From NCBI GenBank assembly GCA_965197715.1, contig OZ240224.1, forward strand, positions 878,695 to 910,694: DNA of 32,000 nucleotides, read 5' to 3'. The stretch's first letter is position 1. Every line of letters starts with the position of its first letter. Positions 16,307 through 23,950 of this stretch are shown here, one piece after another. The notes below the pieces were generated by a model. The model was not told the DNA's origin, did no database searches, and worked only from the letters and a program-made list of their open reading frames with translations. The position numbers and the translations under genes were made by a program. The DNA is from Dehalococcoidia bacterium (lineage in GTDB: Bacteria; Chloroflexota; Dehalococcoidia; Lucifugimonadales; UBA1127).

Positions 16307-17107
16307 ATGACTTCGACGGCAGTCCGGGAAGACCGGGTAGAGGTGGACGGGGCAGCGCTTCAGGTCTTTCGCGGGGGCAGCGGCCCGCCGCTGCTGGTCC
16401 TCCACGACTGCGAGGTGATGCCCGAGTGGCACCCCTACCTCGAGGCGCTGGGCCGGAGGTTCTCCGTGGCCGCCCCGTCGCATCCAGGGTTCGGGGCCTC
16501 GGATCGGCCCGACGGAATAGAGAGCGTCGAGGACCTCGCCTACCTGTACCTGGACTTTCTGGACACGCTGGGCCCCGAGCCCGTAACCCTGCTGGGGCTG
16601 GGGCTCGGCGGTTGGATCGCTGCGGAGATGGCCGTGCGCTGCAGCCACCGTCTGCGGCGCCTGGTGCTGGCGGGCCCGGTGGGGATCAAGGTGTCCGGCC
16701 CCACGGAGCCGGATATCCTGGAAACCTTTGTCCTGACCCGTCAACAGATACTGGAGGCGGGCTGGCACGACCCTGGTCTGGGCGAAGAGCGAATGAAGCT
16801 GCCGGGAGCGCCGGACCTACCTGCGGAGGCGCTGCTGACGCTGCTCCGGGACCGGGAGTCGGCGGTCCGCTATACGTGGAAGCCGTTCATGCACAATCCC
16901 AATCTGCGCCGGTGGCTTCGACGCATCACCGTGCCGACGCTGCTGATCTGGGGCGGGAGCGACGGCATCGTGAGCACCGATTATGGGCGCGCCTTTCAGC
17001 AGAGCATGCCGGGGGCAGGGCTCCAGGTCATTCCCGAAGCCGGCCACTACCCGTACCTGGAACGGCCCGACGCCTTCGTCGAGGCCGTCGCCGGGTTCGC
17101 GGGGTAG
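16307..17107 (+). CDS. Alpha/beta-hydrolase-fold protein lacking the canonical Ser nucleophile
   Basis: 266 aa with the overall alpha/beta-hydrolase pattern (LLVLH..., VTLLGLGLGGWIAAEMA, LIWGGSDGIV, EAGHYPYLERP). The nucleophile-elbow position is Gly (GGG at 16601..16603), and the HG motif reads HD. Confidence 0.8.
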   Translation: MTSTAVREDRVEVDGAALQVFRGGSGPPLLVLHDCEVMPEWHPYLEALGRRFSVAAPSHPGFGASDRPDGIESVEDLAYLYLDFLDTLGPEPVTLLGLGLGGWIAAEMAVRCSHRLRRLVLAGPVGIKVSGPTEPDILETFVLTRQQILEAGWHDPGLGEERMKLPGAPDLPAEALLTLLRDRESAVRYTWKPFMHNPNLRRWLRRITVPTLLIWGGSDGIVSTDYGRAFQQSMPGAGLQVIPEAGHYPYLERPDAFVEAVAGFAG

Positions 17108-17227
17108 GGGCTGCCGTCGCGTCGAATGATCTGTCTAACACCAGGACGATCGGAATACGATGGGCGTCTGGGCGTGCGGTGGGGAGGGACTCGCGGGTCA
17201 ACTCTGTGTCGGAGAGGGGACTGAGCA

Positions 17228-18370
17228 ATGCGCGCTTACTTTTTCACTGAGATGCCCTATCCCTCCTATTCTTTGGAGGCGGAGGAGCGGGCCGGCTCGC
17301 AGCGGGTGGTCCTGCCCAACAGCAACTGCGACCCGGAGATCGTGGGCGACCTGTACAACCGCTACCTGGACGAGTACGAGTACGCCGACGAGCTGGGCCT
17401 GGACCTCATGCTGAACGAGCACCATCAGACCCCCTCATGCCTGGATTCGGTGATGCCCCTGAGCGCGGCGGCCCTGGCCCGCCGGACGAAGCGGGCCAAG
17501 ATCCTCCTGCTGGGCACGCCTCTCGCTCATCGAGACAACCCTGTTCGGGTCGCCGAGGAGCTGGCGTTCCTCGACTGTGTGTCCCACGGGCGCCTCATCA
17601 GCGGCTTCGTACGGGGGGTTCCCTCGGAGATCCATCCGGCCAACACAAACCCGACGCTGACCCGCGAGCGGTTCGAGGAGTCCCACGACCTGATCCTGAA
17701 CGCGTGGACGGTCCCAGGGCCCTTCAACTGGGAAGGGCGGTTCTGGCACTATCGGTACGTCAACCCATGGCCCCGGCCCTATCAGCAGCCCCATCCGCCC
17801 ATCTGGGTCGCCGGGTCAAGCCCGGAGAACATACGCTGGATGGCGGAGCGCCACTACGTGCATGCGTGCTTCCTCCAGTCCTATGAGGAGCAGGAAGGGC
17901 AGCACCGCGTGTACGCGGAGCACTGCCGGGAGCAGGGCCTGCCGGCGCCAACCTCGGACAAGTTTGCCTTCCTGAGCCTGCTCTACGTGGGCGAGACTGA
18001 AGCGCAGGCCCGCGAAGAGGGTCAGGCCCTGATGTGGTACCTGGGGGGGAAGCGGCATCCGGGCTTCTTGAATCCACCCGGGTACACTCCTCCGGAGGTC
18101 TCGGCTCGCGCCTTCGCGGCCCAGGGCGCTCGGCGGGAGCTTGGCACGTGGGAGGACCTGCGAGACAAGGGGATTGCCATATGGGGGACCCCGGACACCG
18201 TCATCGAGAAGATCAGGTACCTTCACGAGCGCTGTCAGGTGGGCCACCTCCTGATGATGATGCAGGCGGGGTTCATGCCAACGGAGCACACTCGCAAGAG
18301 TATGAAGCTCTTCGCTGAAGAGGTGTACCCCGCAATCAGGGGCCTGGGGGAGGACGGCAGCGTGCCGTGA
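17228..18370 (+). CDS. Luciferase-like monooxygenase (LLM) family flavin/deazaflavin-dependent oxidoreductase
   Basis: 380 aa. YADELGLDLMLNEHH, ILLLGTPLAHRDNPVRVAEELAFLDCVSHGRLISGF and PHPPIWVAGSSPE are typical of PF00296. Confidence 0.85.
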   Translation: MRAYFFTEMPYPSYSLEAEERAGSQRVVLPNSNCDPEIVGDLYNRYLDEYEYADELGLDLMLNEHHQTPSCLDSVMPLSAAALARRTKRAKILLLGTPLAHRDNPVRVAEELAFLDCVSHGRLISGFVRGVPSEIHPANTNPTLTRERFEESHDLILNAWTVPGPFNWEGRFWHYRYVNPWPRPYQQPHPPIWVAGSSPENIRWMAERHYVHACFLQSYEEQEGQHRVYAEHCREQGLPAPTSDKFAFLSLLYVGETEAQAREEGQALMWYLGGKRHPGFLNPPGYTPPEVSARAFAAQGARRELGTWEDLRDKGIAIWGTPDTVIEKIRYLHERCQVGHLLMMMQAGFMPTEHTRKSMKLFAEEVYPAIRGLGEDGSVP

Positions 18371-18394
18371 GGGCGTCCCGGCGACGGACCCTCG

Positions 18395-18931
18395 ATGGGT
18401 ATCTGGGTCATCGAAGGAGGCAGCTTGGATAGTCTAGCCCTGCTCAAGCACCAGATTGCGTCTGCGCGGCGCGAGCTCGCCGGAGTCATGGCCGACGTCA
18501 CCCAGGAGATGGCGGACTGGACCCCGCCCGGAGTCGCCAACTCCATCATGACCATGGCCGTCCACACGCTGGTGGCCCAGGACCGCACAATCCAGCTGCG
18601 CATCAACGGCGGGACGATGCTGCTGGACCATTGGGCGCCGCGCCTCAATGTCCCGCCCGGTTTCAGGCTCCTGGAGGACCCCCCGGAGGCGATGAAGGTG
18701 GACCTTGGCGTACTGCGCGAGTACTGGCACGCCATCGACGACGCTACAGACGGCTTTCTGACCACGCTCACCGGCGCCACGGAACTGGACCGCACCGTCC
18801 AGGGCATGCGCGGCCCCACAGTGCTCGGCCACCTGCTCTCGGGGATCCTTGTGACCCACGTGTACTCTCACGTCGGCGAGATATCAACCCTCAAGGGCAT
18901 CCAGGGCGCCAGGGGCTACGCCGCCGGTTAG
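18395..18931 (+). CDS. DinB-like (DinB_2) four-helix-bundle metalloprotein
   Basis: WTPPGVANSI..MAVHT and LVTHVYSHVGEISTLKG carry a His pattern typical of the DinB superfamily. The start is ambiguous: ATG 18395 has no RBS, while in-frame TTG 18425 follows GAAGGAGG. Confidence 0.6.
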   Translation: MGIWVIEGGSLDSLALLKHQIASARRELAGVMADVTQEMADWTPPGVANSIMTMAVHTLVAQDRTIQLRINGGTMLLDHWAPRLNVPPGFRLLEDPPEAMKVDLGVLREYWHAIDDATDGFLTTLTGATELDRTVQGMRGPTVLGHLLSGILVTHVYSHVGEISTLKGIQGARGYAAG

Positions 18932-18992
18932 GCTCAACCCCTTGCGCGCGGACCTGGCGGTGCCTTCAAGGACCCGGTGACGGGGAGGAAGC

Positions 18993-19922
18993 ATGGAGTT
19001 TGGAGTGACGGTCCCCAATCTGGGGGGCATCGCCAGTACGGAGACGCTGGCGCAGATGGCCGTACGCATCGAGGAGCTGGGCTTCGACGCCGTTTTCGTG
19101 AGCGACCACGTGGTCATGCCGACTACGGTCACGTCGCGCTACCCCTACGGCTCCAGCGGAGTGATCGGCGTGGGCGCCGACGAGGACGTCTTCGAGCCCT
19201 TCACCGTCCTCGCCTACCTGGCGGGCATAACCAGCCGTGTACGGCTGGGGGTGAGCGTCATGGTCCTCCCCTACCGCCATCCGGTGCTGAACGCCAAGAT
19301 GCTCGCCACCCTGGACGTCCTCTCAGGCGGCAGGCTGATTGCAGGCGTGGGCGTCGGTTGGATGAAGGAGGAGTTCGAGGCCCTGGACGCCGACTACGAC
19401 CACCGGGGGGCCGTGACCGACGAGCACATCCAGGTGCTCACGGCCCTCTGGACCCAGGAGGAGCCGCATTTTGCGGGGCGGCACTACAGGATCGAGGGCG
19501 TCAGGTCCCTCCCGCGGCCCCTCCAGAGGCCGCGCCCGCCCATCTGGGTCGGCGGCAACACCGCGCCCGCCTTGCGCCGCGCCGCCCTGCTCGGCGACGG
19601 CTGGCACGCCGTGCGCATGACCCCCGCCCAGCTCGCGGCTCAGTGCGAGACCCTGCGGCGACTCCGGGAGGAGCGCGGTGTGGCCTCCCGGGAATTCCGG
19701 GTGTCCGTCAGGTCCAGCCTCCGGGTGACGGACGCACCCCTCGGCGAAGGGCGCACGCCACTGAGCGGGACGCCGGAGCAGCTTCTCACGGACGTGCGCG
19801 AATACCGGGACGCGGGCGCCGACTACATGGTGGTGGGGGCCTCGGGCAGCAGCCTGGAAGAGACGCTGGGCCACCTGGAGCGCTTCGCCGCGGACGTCCT
19901 CCCCGCAGCGCGTGACGTGTAA
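18993..19922 (+). CDS. LLM-class oxidoreductase, Rv2161c/TIGR03619-like (probably F420-dependent)
   Basis: MEFGVTVPN..., FVSDHVVMP, LGVSVMVLPYRHPVLNAKMLATLDVLSGGRLIAGVGVGWMKEEFEAL and RPPIWVGGN. GGGGAGGAAG RBS. The cofactor cannot be assigned by eye. Confidence 0.85.
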   Translation: MEFGVTVPNLGGIASTETLAQMAVRIEELGFDAVFVSDHVVMPTTVTSRYPYGSSGVIGVGADEDVFEPFTVLAYLAGITSRVRLGVSVMVLPYRHPVLNAKMLATLDVLSGGRLIAGVGVGWMKEEFEALDADYDHRGAVTDEHIQVLTALWTQEEPHFAGRHYRIEGVRSLPRPLQRPRPPIWVGGNTAPALRRAALLGDGWHAVRMTPAQLAAQCETLRRLREERGVASREFRVSVRSSLRVTDAPLGEGRTPLSGTPEQLLTDVREYRDAGADYMVVGASGSSLEETLGHLERFAADVLPAARDV

Positions 19923-20028
19923 CGCGCCGTCGCCCCCCGGCCGCCTCCGGGCGTCGCCGGCGCAAGGTTGATGCCGGCCCGCGGTTCGGGCATAATACGT
20001 CAACCTCACCGGGTCAAGGAGCGAAGCT

Positions 20029-20709
20029 ATGGCTACAGAGACGGTGGACAGGACCTTCGTAAACTCCGTCATCGAGGAGATCATCAAGCCGGGGATTCAA
20101 CGGCTCATGGAAACACGGTACTTCTCCGACCTGCGGGAGGGGACACTCTCCATACGCAGGCTCCAGGGCTTTGCGCTGCAGCACTACGCCCACAACATCG
20201 CCATCAACAAGGGCTTTGCGCTCAGCATGGTCAAGAACGCCCACAACCCGGATGTGTTCGAGGTGTTCCAGGAGCAGTTTGTGGAGGAGTCCACTCATCC
20301 CAACATGGCCAAGCGGTTTGGCCTCGCCCTGGGGCTGAGGGAAGAGGAGTTTGACAACGTCCAGCCCATCTACGAGTGCACGGCGCACACGGGGTCAATC
20401 GTTCGCGGGATGCTGCTGGGCGGACTTGCGGAGAACCGCACGTCGGCCCTGACCAACGAGAGCATGGTGCAGCGGTACTCGGAGGAGTTCGCCACCTACT
20501 TGCGGAAGAGCTACGACCTCCCTGAGGGGGCCCTGGAGTTCTTCGTTGTCCACGGCGTCGCCGACATCGCCCACACCCAGGCCGCCGCCGACATCGTCGC
20601 CCGCAACGCCCTCACCGAGCAGGTCCAGCAGCGCGTCCGAGAGGTGGCCCGGCAGCAGGTGCGCTTCAAGATCGCCAAGTTCGACGGCCTCTACGAGGCC
20701 TACGCCTAG
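20029..20709 (+). CDS. Heme-oxygenase-fold protein (TenA/PqqC/iron-containing redox enzyme family)
   Basis: 226 aa, predicted all-helical. Motifs are EESTH, TNESMV and HGVADIAH (20551..20574). AAGGAG RBS. Confidence 0.65.
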   Translation: MATETVDRTFVNSVIEEIIKPGIQRLMETRYFSDLREGTLSIRRLQGFALQHYAHNIAINKGFALSMVKNAHNPDVFEVFQEQFVEESTHPNMAKRFGLALGLREEEFDNVQPIYECTAHTGSIVRGMLLGGLAENRTSALTNESMVQRYSEEFATYLRKSYDLPEGALEFFVVHGVADIAHTQAAADIVARNALTEQVQQRVREVARQQVRFKIAKFDGLYEAYA

Positions 20710-20749
20710 CACCGAGGGCGTGCCGTCACCCGCGCAACCCGGCCACTCC

Positions 20750-21403
20750 CTACGGGTCGTGGGGCCACTTGGTGCCGCCCACCGAGGGTCGTTGCTCCGG
20801 CGGCAGCGCGAGACCCTCTTTGACCGCGGCGGTGAACTCGCCCGTTACGACCCTCCCCCACTCGCAGGCGTGGTCCACCCGATAGGCCGTCCTTCCGGTG
20901 CGGAAGGCGCTTCGCGACGGCTCGCTCATCTCCCCCAGCGGCTTGTCCATGTCGGCGGCCGCAACCCTCGCTTGCCTGACCTCCGCCTCCATGCCGTCGA
21001 CGCGCTTGACCAGGGCGTTGGCCGTCTCGATGAACCGGCATATCTCCCGCATCTCTGCGTCAAACACGATGAACAGCGGCAGCGTCCCGTGGCGGTCCTC
21101 CGTGAGGAAGCTGTTGGCCAGGTCCAGGTTCTGGTCGCGCTCGAAGATGCGCATCTCCAGCTTTCCCGTTGACTCGGCCAGCTTCATGATGGCCGGGGTG
21201 CTGCTCACGGCGTCGCCGCACCAGGGCTCGGTGAGCACCGCCAGCCGAAGCGGCTGCGGTAGGCTGTCGAAGTAGGCCTGCTCCTCAGGCTGTACCTCTA
21301 CGTCGTTGTATATCTGGAGGATGGCGTCCTTGTTGACCCTGATCAGGTCCCAATACTCCGTCCCCGTAAACCCCTCGGCGAACTTCTCCGCGGTCAGTGG
21401 CAT
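20750..21403 (-). CDS. Thioredoxin-like fold protein (Thioredoxin_9-like, single-Cys WCGD motif)
   Basis: LAVLTEPWCGDAVSSTP and LPLFIVFD. GGAGGTGA RBS. 217 aa. Confidence 0.65.
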   Translation of the reverse strand: MPLTAEKFAEGFTGTEYWDLIRVNKDAILQIYNDVEVQPEEQAYFDSLPQPLRLAVLTEPWCGDAVSSTPAIMKLAESTGKLEMRIFERDQNLDLANSFLTEDRHGTLPLFIVFDAEMREICRFIETANALVKRVDGMEAEVRQARVAAADMDKPLGEMSEPSRSAFRTGRTAYRVDHACEWGRVVTGEFTAAVKEGLALPPEQRPSVGGTKWPHDP

Positions 21404-21629
21404 GGCGTCTCACCTCCGTGCATTCGCCTCGCGGCGTGTGCTGTGGCGCCAAGATACGCTCTCCAGGCCCTGGCGACAACCCGGCGAGCGTCGTCCCACG
21501 GCGCGCCTCCGCGGGTCCGCTGGACAAACCGGGAGCGATGGAGTAAAAGAGTGGAAGGGTAGGGCCCAGGCGGTGAACGGCCCCGGACCTCGATGGAAAG
21601 ACCACACAAACACGGAGCGGAGGCGGCGC

Positions 21630-22715
21630 ATGGCGACGGCAAACACGCAACCATCGAATACGTCGGGCGGCTCCCGGGAAGTGCTGATCTCGGCGGACTC
21701 CCATGTGCTGGAAGCCGCTGATTTCATGGAGAAGCGGCTCCCCGACAACCTGCGAAGCCGCGCGCCCCGCTTCCCCGAGGAGCGCATCGGCGAGCGGCAC
21801 CAGGCCCACGCGGGAGGGCGCGACCGCAACGAGCGCGTGCGCGAAATGGAAACAGACGGCATCAGCGCGGAGGTTCTCTACCCCAGCTATCCCATGAAGC
21901 TGTATAGCCTGGGGCGGGAGAACGCGGATCTCCAGGAGGCCTGCTTCCGCGCGTACAACGACTGGCTGGTGGAGTACTGCCAGGCCGCCCCGGACCGGCT
22001 CATCGGCATCGGCATGGTCTCCGCCTACGACATAGAGTCCGCTGTTCTGGAGACGCAGCGCTGCAAGCAGCTCGGTATGGGCGGCGTCATGGTCTGGCAG
22101 TGCCCGCCGGAGGAGCTCCCCTTCTCCTCCGGCTACTACGACCCCTTCTGGCAGGCCGCCGAGGAGCTGCGCATGCCCGTCAGCATTCACTCTCTGACGG
22201 GCATCGGCGAGGGCGCGCGGCGCTTCCCCGGCCGCAGCGTCGACCGCGAGGGCGTCGACCGCTACCGGGGCCGCAACTACAGTCAGCTGGACGTGGCAAA
22301 CACGCTGTTCGAGATCGTCTTCTCCGGTGTGCTGCACCGCTTCCCCCAGCTCAGGGTGGTCCTGGTGGAGAATGAGATCGGGTGGATACCCTTCACGCTC
22401 CAAGGCTGGGACCGCTCCGTGGAGAAGTTCGCGGCCAACACCACGCTGAGCATCGACAAGCCGCCCAGCGAGTACTTCAACCGGCAGGTGTACGCGACGT
22501 TCTTCAACGACGACGTGGGCGGCAAGATGCTCTCCTGGTGGGGCAAGGACAACTGCATGTGGTCCAACGACTATCCCCACCCCAACTCCACCTGGCCCCA
22601 CTCCAAGGAGGCCATCGCCAGGACGCTTGGACATCTGAACGACCAAGACCGGGAGAAGGTGCTGACCAGCAACGTAGCCCGGCTCTACGACATCGACGTC
22701 TCCAGGCTTGCGTAG
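21630..22715 (+). CDS. Amidohydrolase-2 family protein
   Basis: The start is moved to ATG 21630, with GGAGG 6 nt upstream. LISADSHVLEA at the N-terminus and WSNDYPHPNS at the C-terminus. The ORF-track start at 21306 adds a 108-aa Arg-rich extension that overlaps the divergent gene. Confidence 0.85.
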   Translation: MATANTQPSNTSGGSREVLISADSHVLEAADFMEKRLPDNLRSRAPRFPEERIGERHQAHAGGRDRNERVREMETDGISAEVLYPSYPMKLYSLGRENADLQEACFRAYNDWLVEYCQAAPDRLIGIGMVSAYDIESAVLETQRCKQLGMGGVMVWQCPPEELPFSSGYYDPFWQAAEELRMPVSIHSLTGIGEGARRFPGRSVDREGVDRYRGRNYSQLDVANTLFEIVFSGVLHRFPQLRVVLVENEIGWIPFTLQGWDRSVEKFAANTTLSIDKPPSEYFNRQVYATFFNDDVGGKMLSWWGKDNCMWSNDYPHPNSTWPHSKEAIARTLGHLNDQDREKVLTSNVARLYDIDVSRLA

Positions 22716-22833
22716 CCTGGCGTGAGCGGCCCTGACTCCATGGCCGGCGGGAGGGATCACCCTCAGCCCGGCCCACTCCCAGGGTGAGAGGGAGTGACCC
22801 GGCCAAGCCCTAGGAGAAAACGAAGGAGGAAAC

Positions 22834-23286
22834 ATGGCAACGAAGACGGCATCCAAGGCGGAGGTGTTCTCGCTGCGGACCCCGTACCTCTCGGCGGGCC
22901 GCATTACGTCCCTAGTGGCGGAGACGGACAACCTCTGGGTCCATACCAAGATCAACGCGGAGGGCGGCGAGAACGCGCTGCACAAGCACACGGAGGAGGA
23001 CCACGCCTTCATCGTGCTGGAGGGCGAGGTGACCTTCTTCGATGAAGAGGGCACCGAGACCGTCGTCAAACCCTATCAGGGGATCATGCTGCCCAAGGGC
23101 GCCTACTACCGCTACCTGAACACCGGCCCCGGCAACCTCATGATCATCCGGGTGGGTGCAGGGAAGCAGGGCGGCGGGGGCGAGGAGACGCGCATCGGAC
23201 CCGACGGCAATCCGCTTCCGTCCGAGTCCGCAGAGAACAAGAAGATCGAGGCGGTCCCGGTCCCCGGGAAGTTCTTCGGGGGCTAG
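22834..23286 (+). CDS. Cupin-domain protein
   Basis: NALHKHTEEDHAFIVLEGEVTFFDEEG and MLPKGAYYRYLNTG are the cupin motifs 1 and 2. GAAGGAGGAA RBS. Confidence 0.75.
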   Translation: MATKTASKAEVFSLRTPYLSAGRITSLVAETDNLWVHTKINAEGGENALHKHTEEDHAFIVLEGEVTFFDEEGTETVVKPYQGIMLPKGAYYRYLNTGPGNLMIIRVGAGKQGGGGEETRIGPDGNPLPSESAENKKIEAVPVPGKFFGG

Positions 23287-23371
23287 GGAGGGCGTAGCTG
23301 TCCCCGACCGGCCGGCCGAGAGCAGCCCACGCGGCCGGGGGACAGCCGCCCGATGAGTTGCGAGAACCAGA

Positions 23372-23399
23372 AGCGGGCCGCTCCTGTGAGCGGCCCGCT
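23372..23399. terminator. Strong hairpin between convergent genes (AGCGGGCCGCTC-CTGT-GAGCGGCCCGCT)
   Basis: Perfect 12-bp GC-rich stem with a 4-nt loop. On the minus-strand reading it is followed by TTCTGGTTCT. It could act as a bidirectional terminator for the cupin and GYD genes. Confidence 0.55.
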
Positions 23400-23439
23400 T
23401 GTCATTGCTGGTGCCGTGGCCCCTCGGGGCCCGATGGGG

Positions 23440-23760
23440 CTATGCCCCCGGCGGCCGGTAGTTGATGGGCTTTTGAGTGGCGGCATCCACCTCTTCAGGC
23501 GTGATGAGCACCGTTGTCTTGACGCTGATGGCCCCGGCGGCGCCGACGTTCAGCGAAGCCGCCGTCATAGTGGCCGCATCCGGCATGTCGAAGATTACGA
23601 TGACGTCGTCGCCGCCAAAGGCGAAGTAGAACGACTCCACCTTGCCGCCGGCATCGCTGGCAAGCTTCTCGACCGCCTCACGCCGCTTGGTCCCACCGTC
23701 CTTGAGTAACCCGGCGGCCCCCTGGGGCGTATAGGAGCACGTTATCATGTACTTTGGCAT
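23440..23760 (-). CDS. GYD-domain protein
   Basis: MPKYMITCSYTPQGAAGLLKDGGTKRREAVEKL...GGDDVIVIFDMPD is typical of PF08734. AGGAGGAG RBS upstream of ATG 23760. The ORF-track version (to 23928) runs through the tRNA-Pro gene. Confidence 0.75.
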   Translation of the reverse strand: MPKYMITCSYTPQGAAGLLKDGGTKRREAVEKLASDAGGKVESFYFAFGGDDVIVIFDMPDAATMTAASLNVGAAGAISVKTTVLITPEEVDAATQKPINYRPPGA

Positions 23761-23777
23761 GCTCTCCTCCTGGCAAG

Positions 23778-23854
23778 TGGTCGGGGCGAGAGGATTTGAA
23801 CCTCTGACCCCCTGCACCCCATGCAGGTGCCCTACCAGGCTGGGCCACGCCCCG
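23778..23854 (-). tRNA. tRNA-Pro (anticodon GGG), CCA encoded
   Basis: The reverse complement folds as CGGGGCG-TG-GCCC-AGCCTGGTA-GGGC-A-CCTGC-ATGGGGT-GCAGG-GGGTC-AGAGG-TTCAAAT-CCTCT-CGCCCCG-A-CCA. 77 nt, with G37. Confidence 0.9.
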
Positions 23855-23862
23855 ATGCCGCA

Positions 23863-23891
23863 AGTATAGCAGCGCAGGGGGTGAACCTCAA
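23863..23891 (-). promoter_or_regulatory. Candidate promoter of tRNA-Pro (TTGAGG-17 nt-TATACT)
   Basis: On the minus strand, TATACT ends 8 nt upstream of the tRNA 5' end, and TTGAGG lies 17 nt further upstream. Confidence 0.4.
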
Positions 23892-23912
23892 GCGGACAAC
23901 TAGGGGCCGGAC

Positions 23913-23949
23913 GGCGCCGGCGCGACACAGCAGATGAGCTGCCGGCGCC
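23913..23949 (-). terminator. Hairpin just downstream of ffh (GGCGCCGGC ... GCCGGCGCC, 9-bp stem, 19-nt loop)
   Basis: Perfect 9-bp inverted repeat that begins 2 nt after the ffh stop codon. The loop is large and there is no U-tract. Confidence 0.25.
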
Positions 23950-23950
23950 C

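Noticed and set aside
16033-17250. 405-aa ORF spanning the repeat edge and the alpha/beta-fold gene in another frame
   Set aside because: The frame starting at 16307 gives a coherent alpha/beta-hydrolase-fold sequence with an RBS. The 405-aa frame is Arg/Gly/Pro low complexity.
18977-19915. 312-aa ORF out of frame with the LLM gene at 18993..19922
   Set aside because: The 18993 frame carries the LLM motifs and a GGGGAGGAAG RBS. The alternative frame is Arg/Gly-rich with no motifs.
238-23854. tRNA-bounded genomic island or integrative element (tRNA-Leu at 238, tRNA-Pro at 23778)
   Set aside because: There is no integrase or recombinase. I could find no direct repeat of either tRNA 3' end. 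GC content and RBS style look uniform across the window. A proper repeat search could still overturn this.
23440-23928. 162-aa version of the GYD ORF
   Set aside because: Its N-terminal 56 codons read through the tRNA-Pro gene. An internal ATG at 23760 has an AGGAGGAG RBS and gives a canonical ~106-aa GYD protein.
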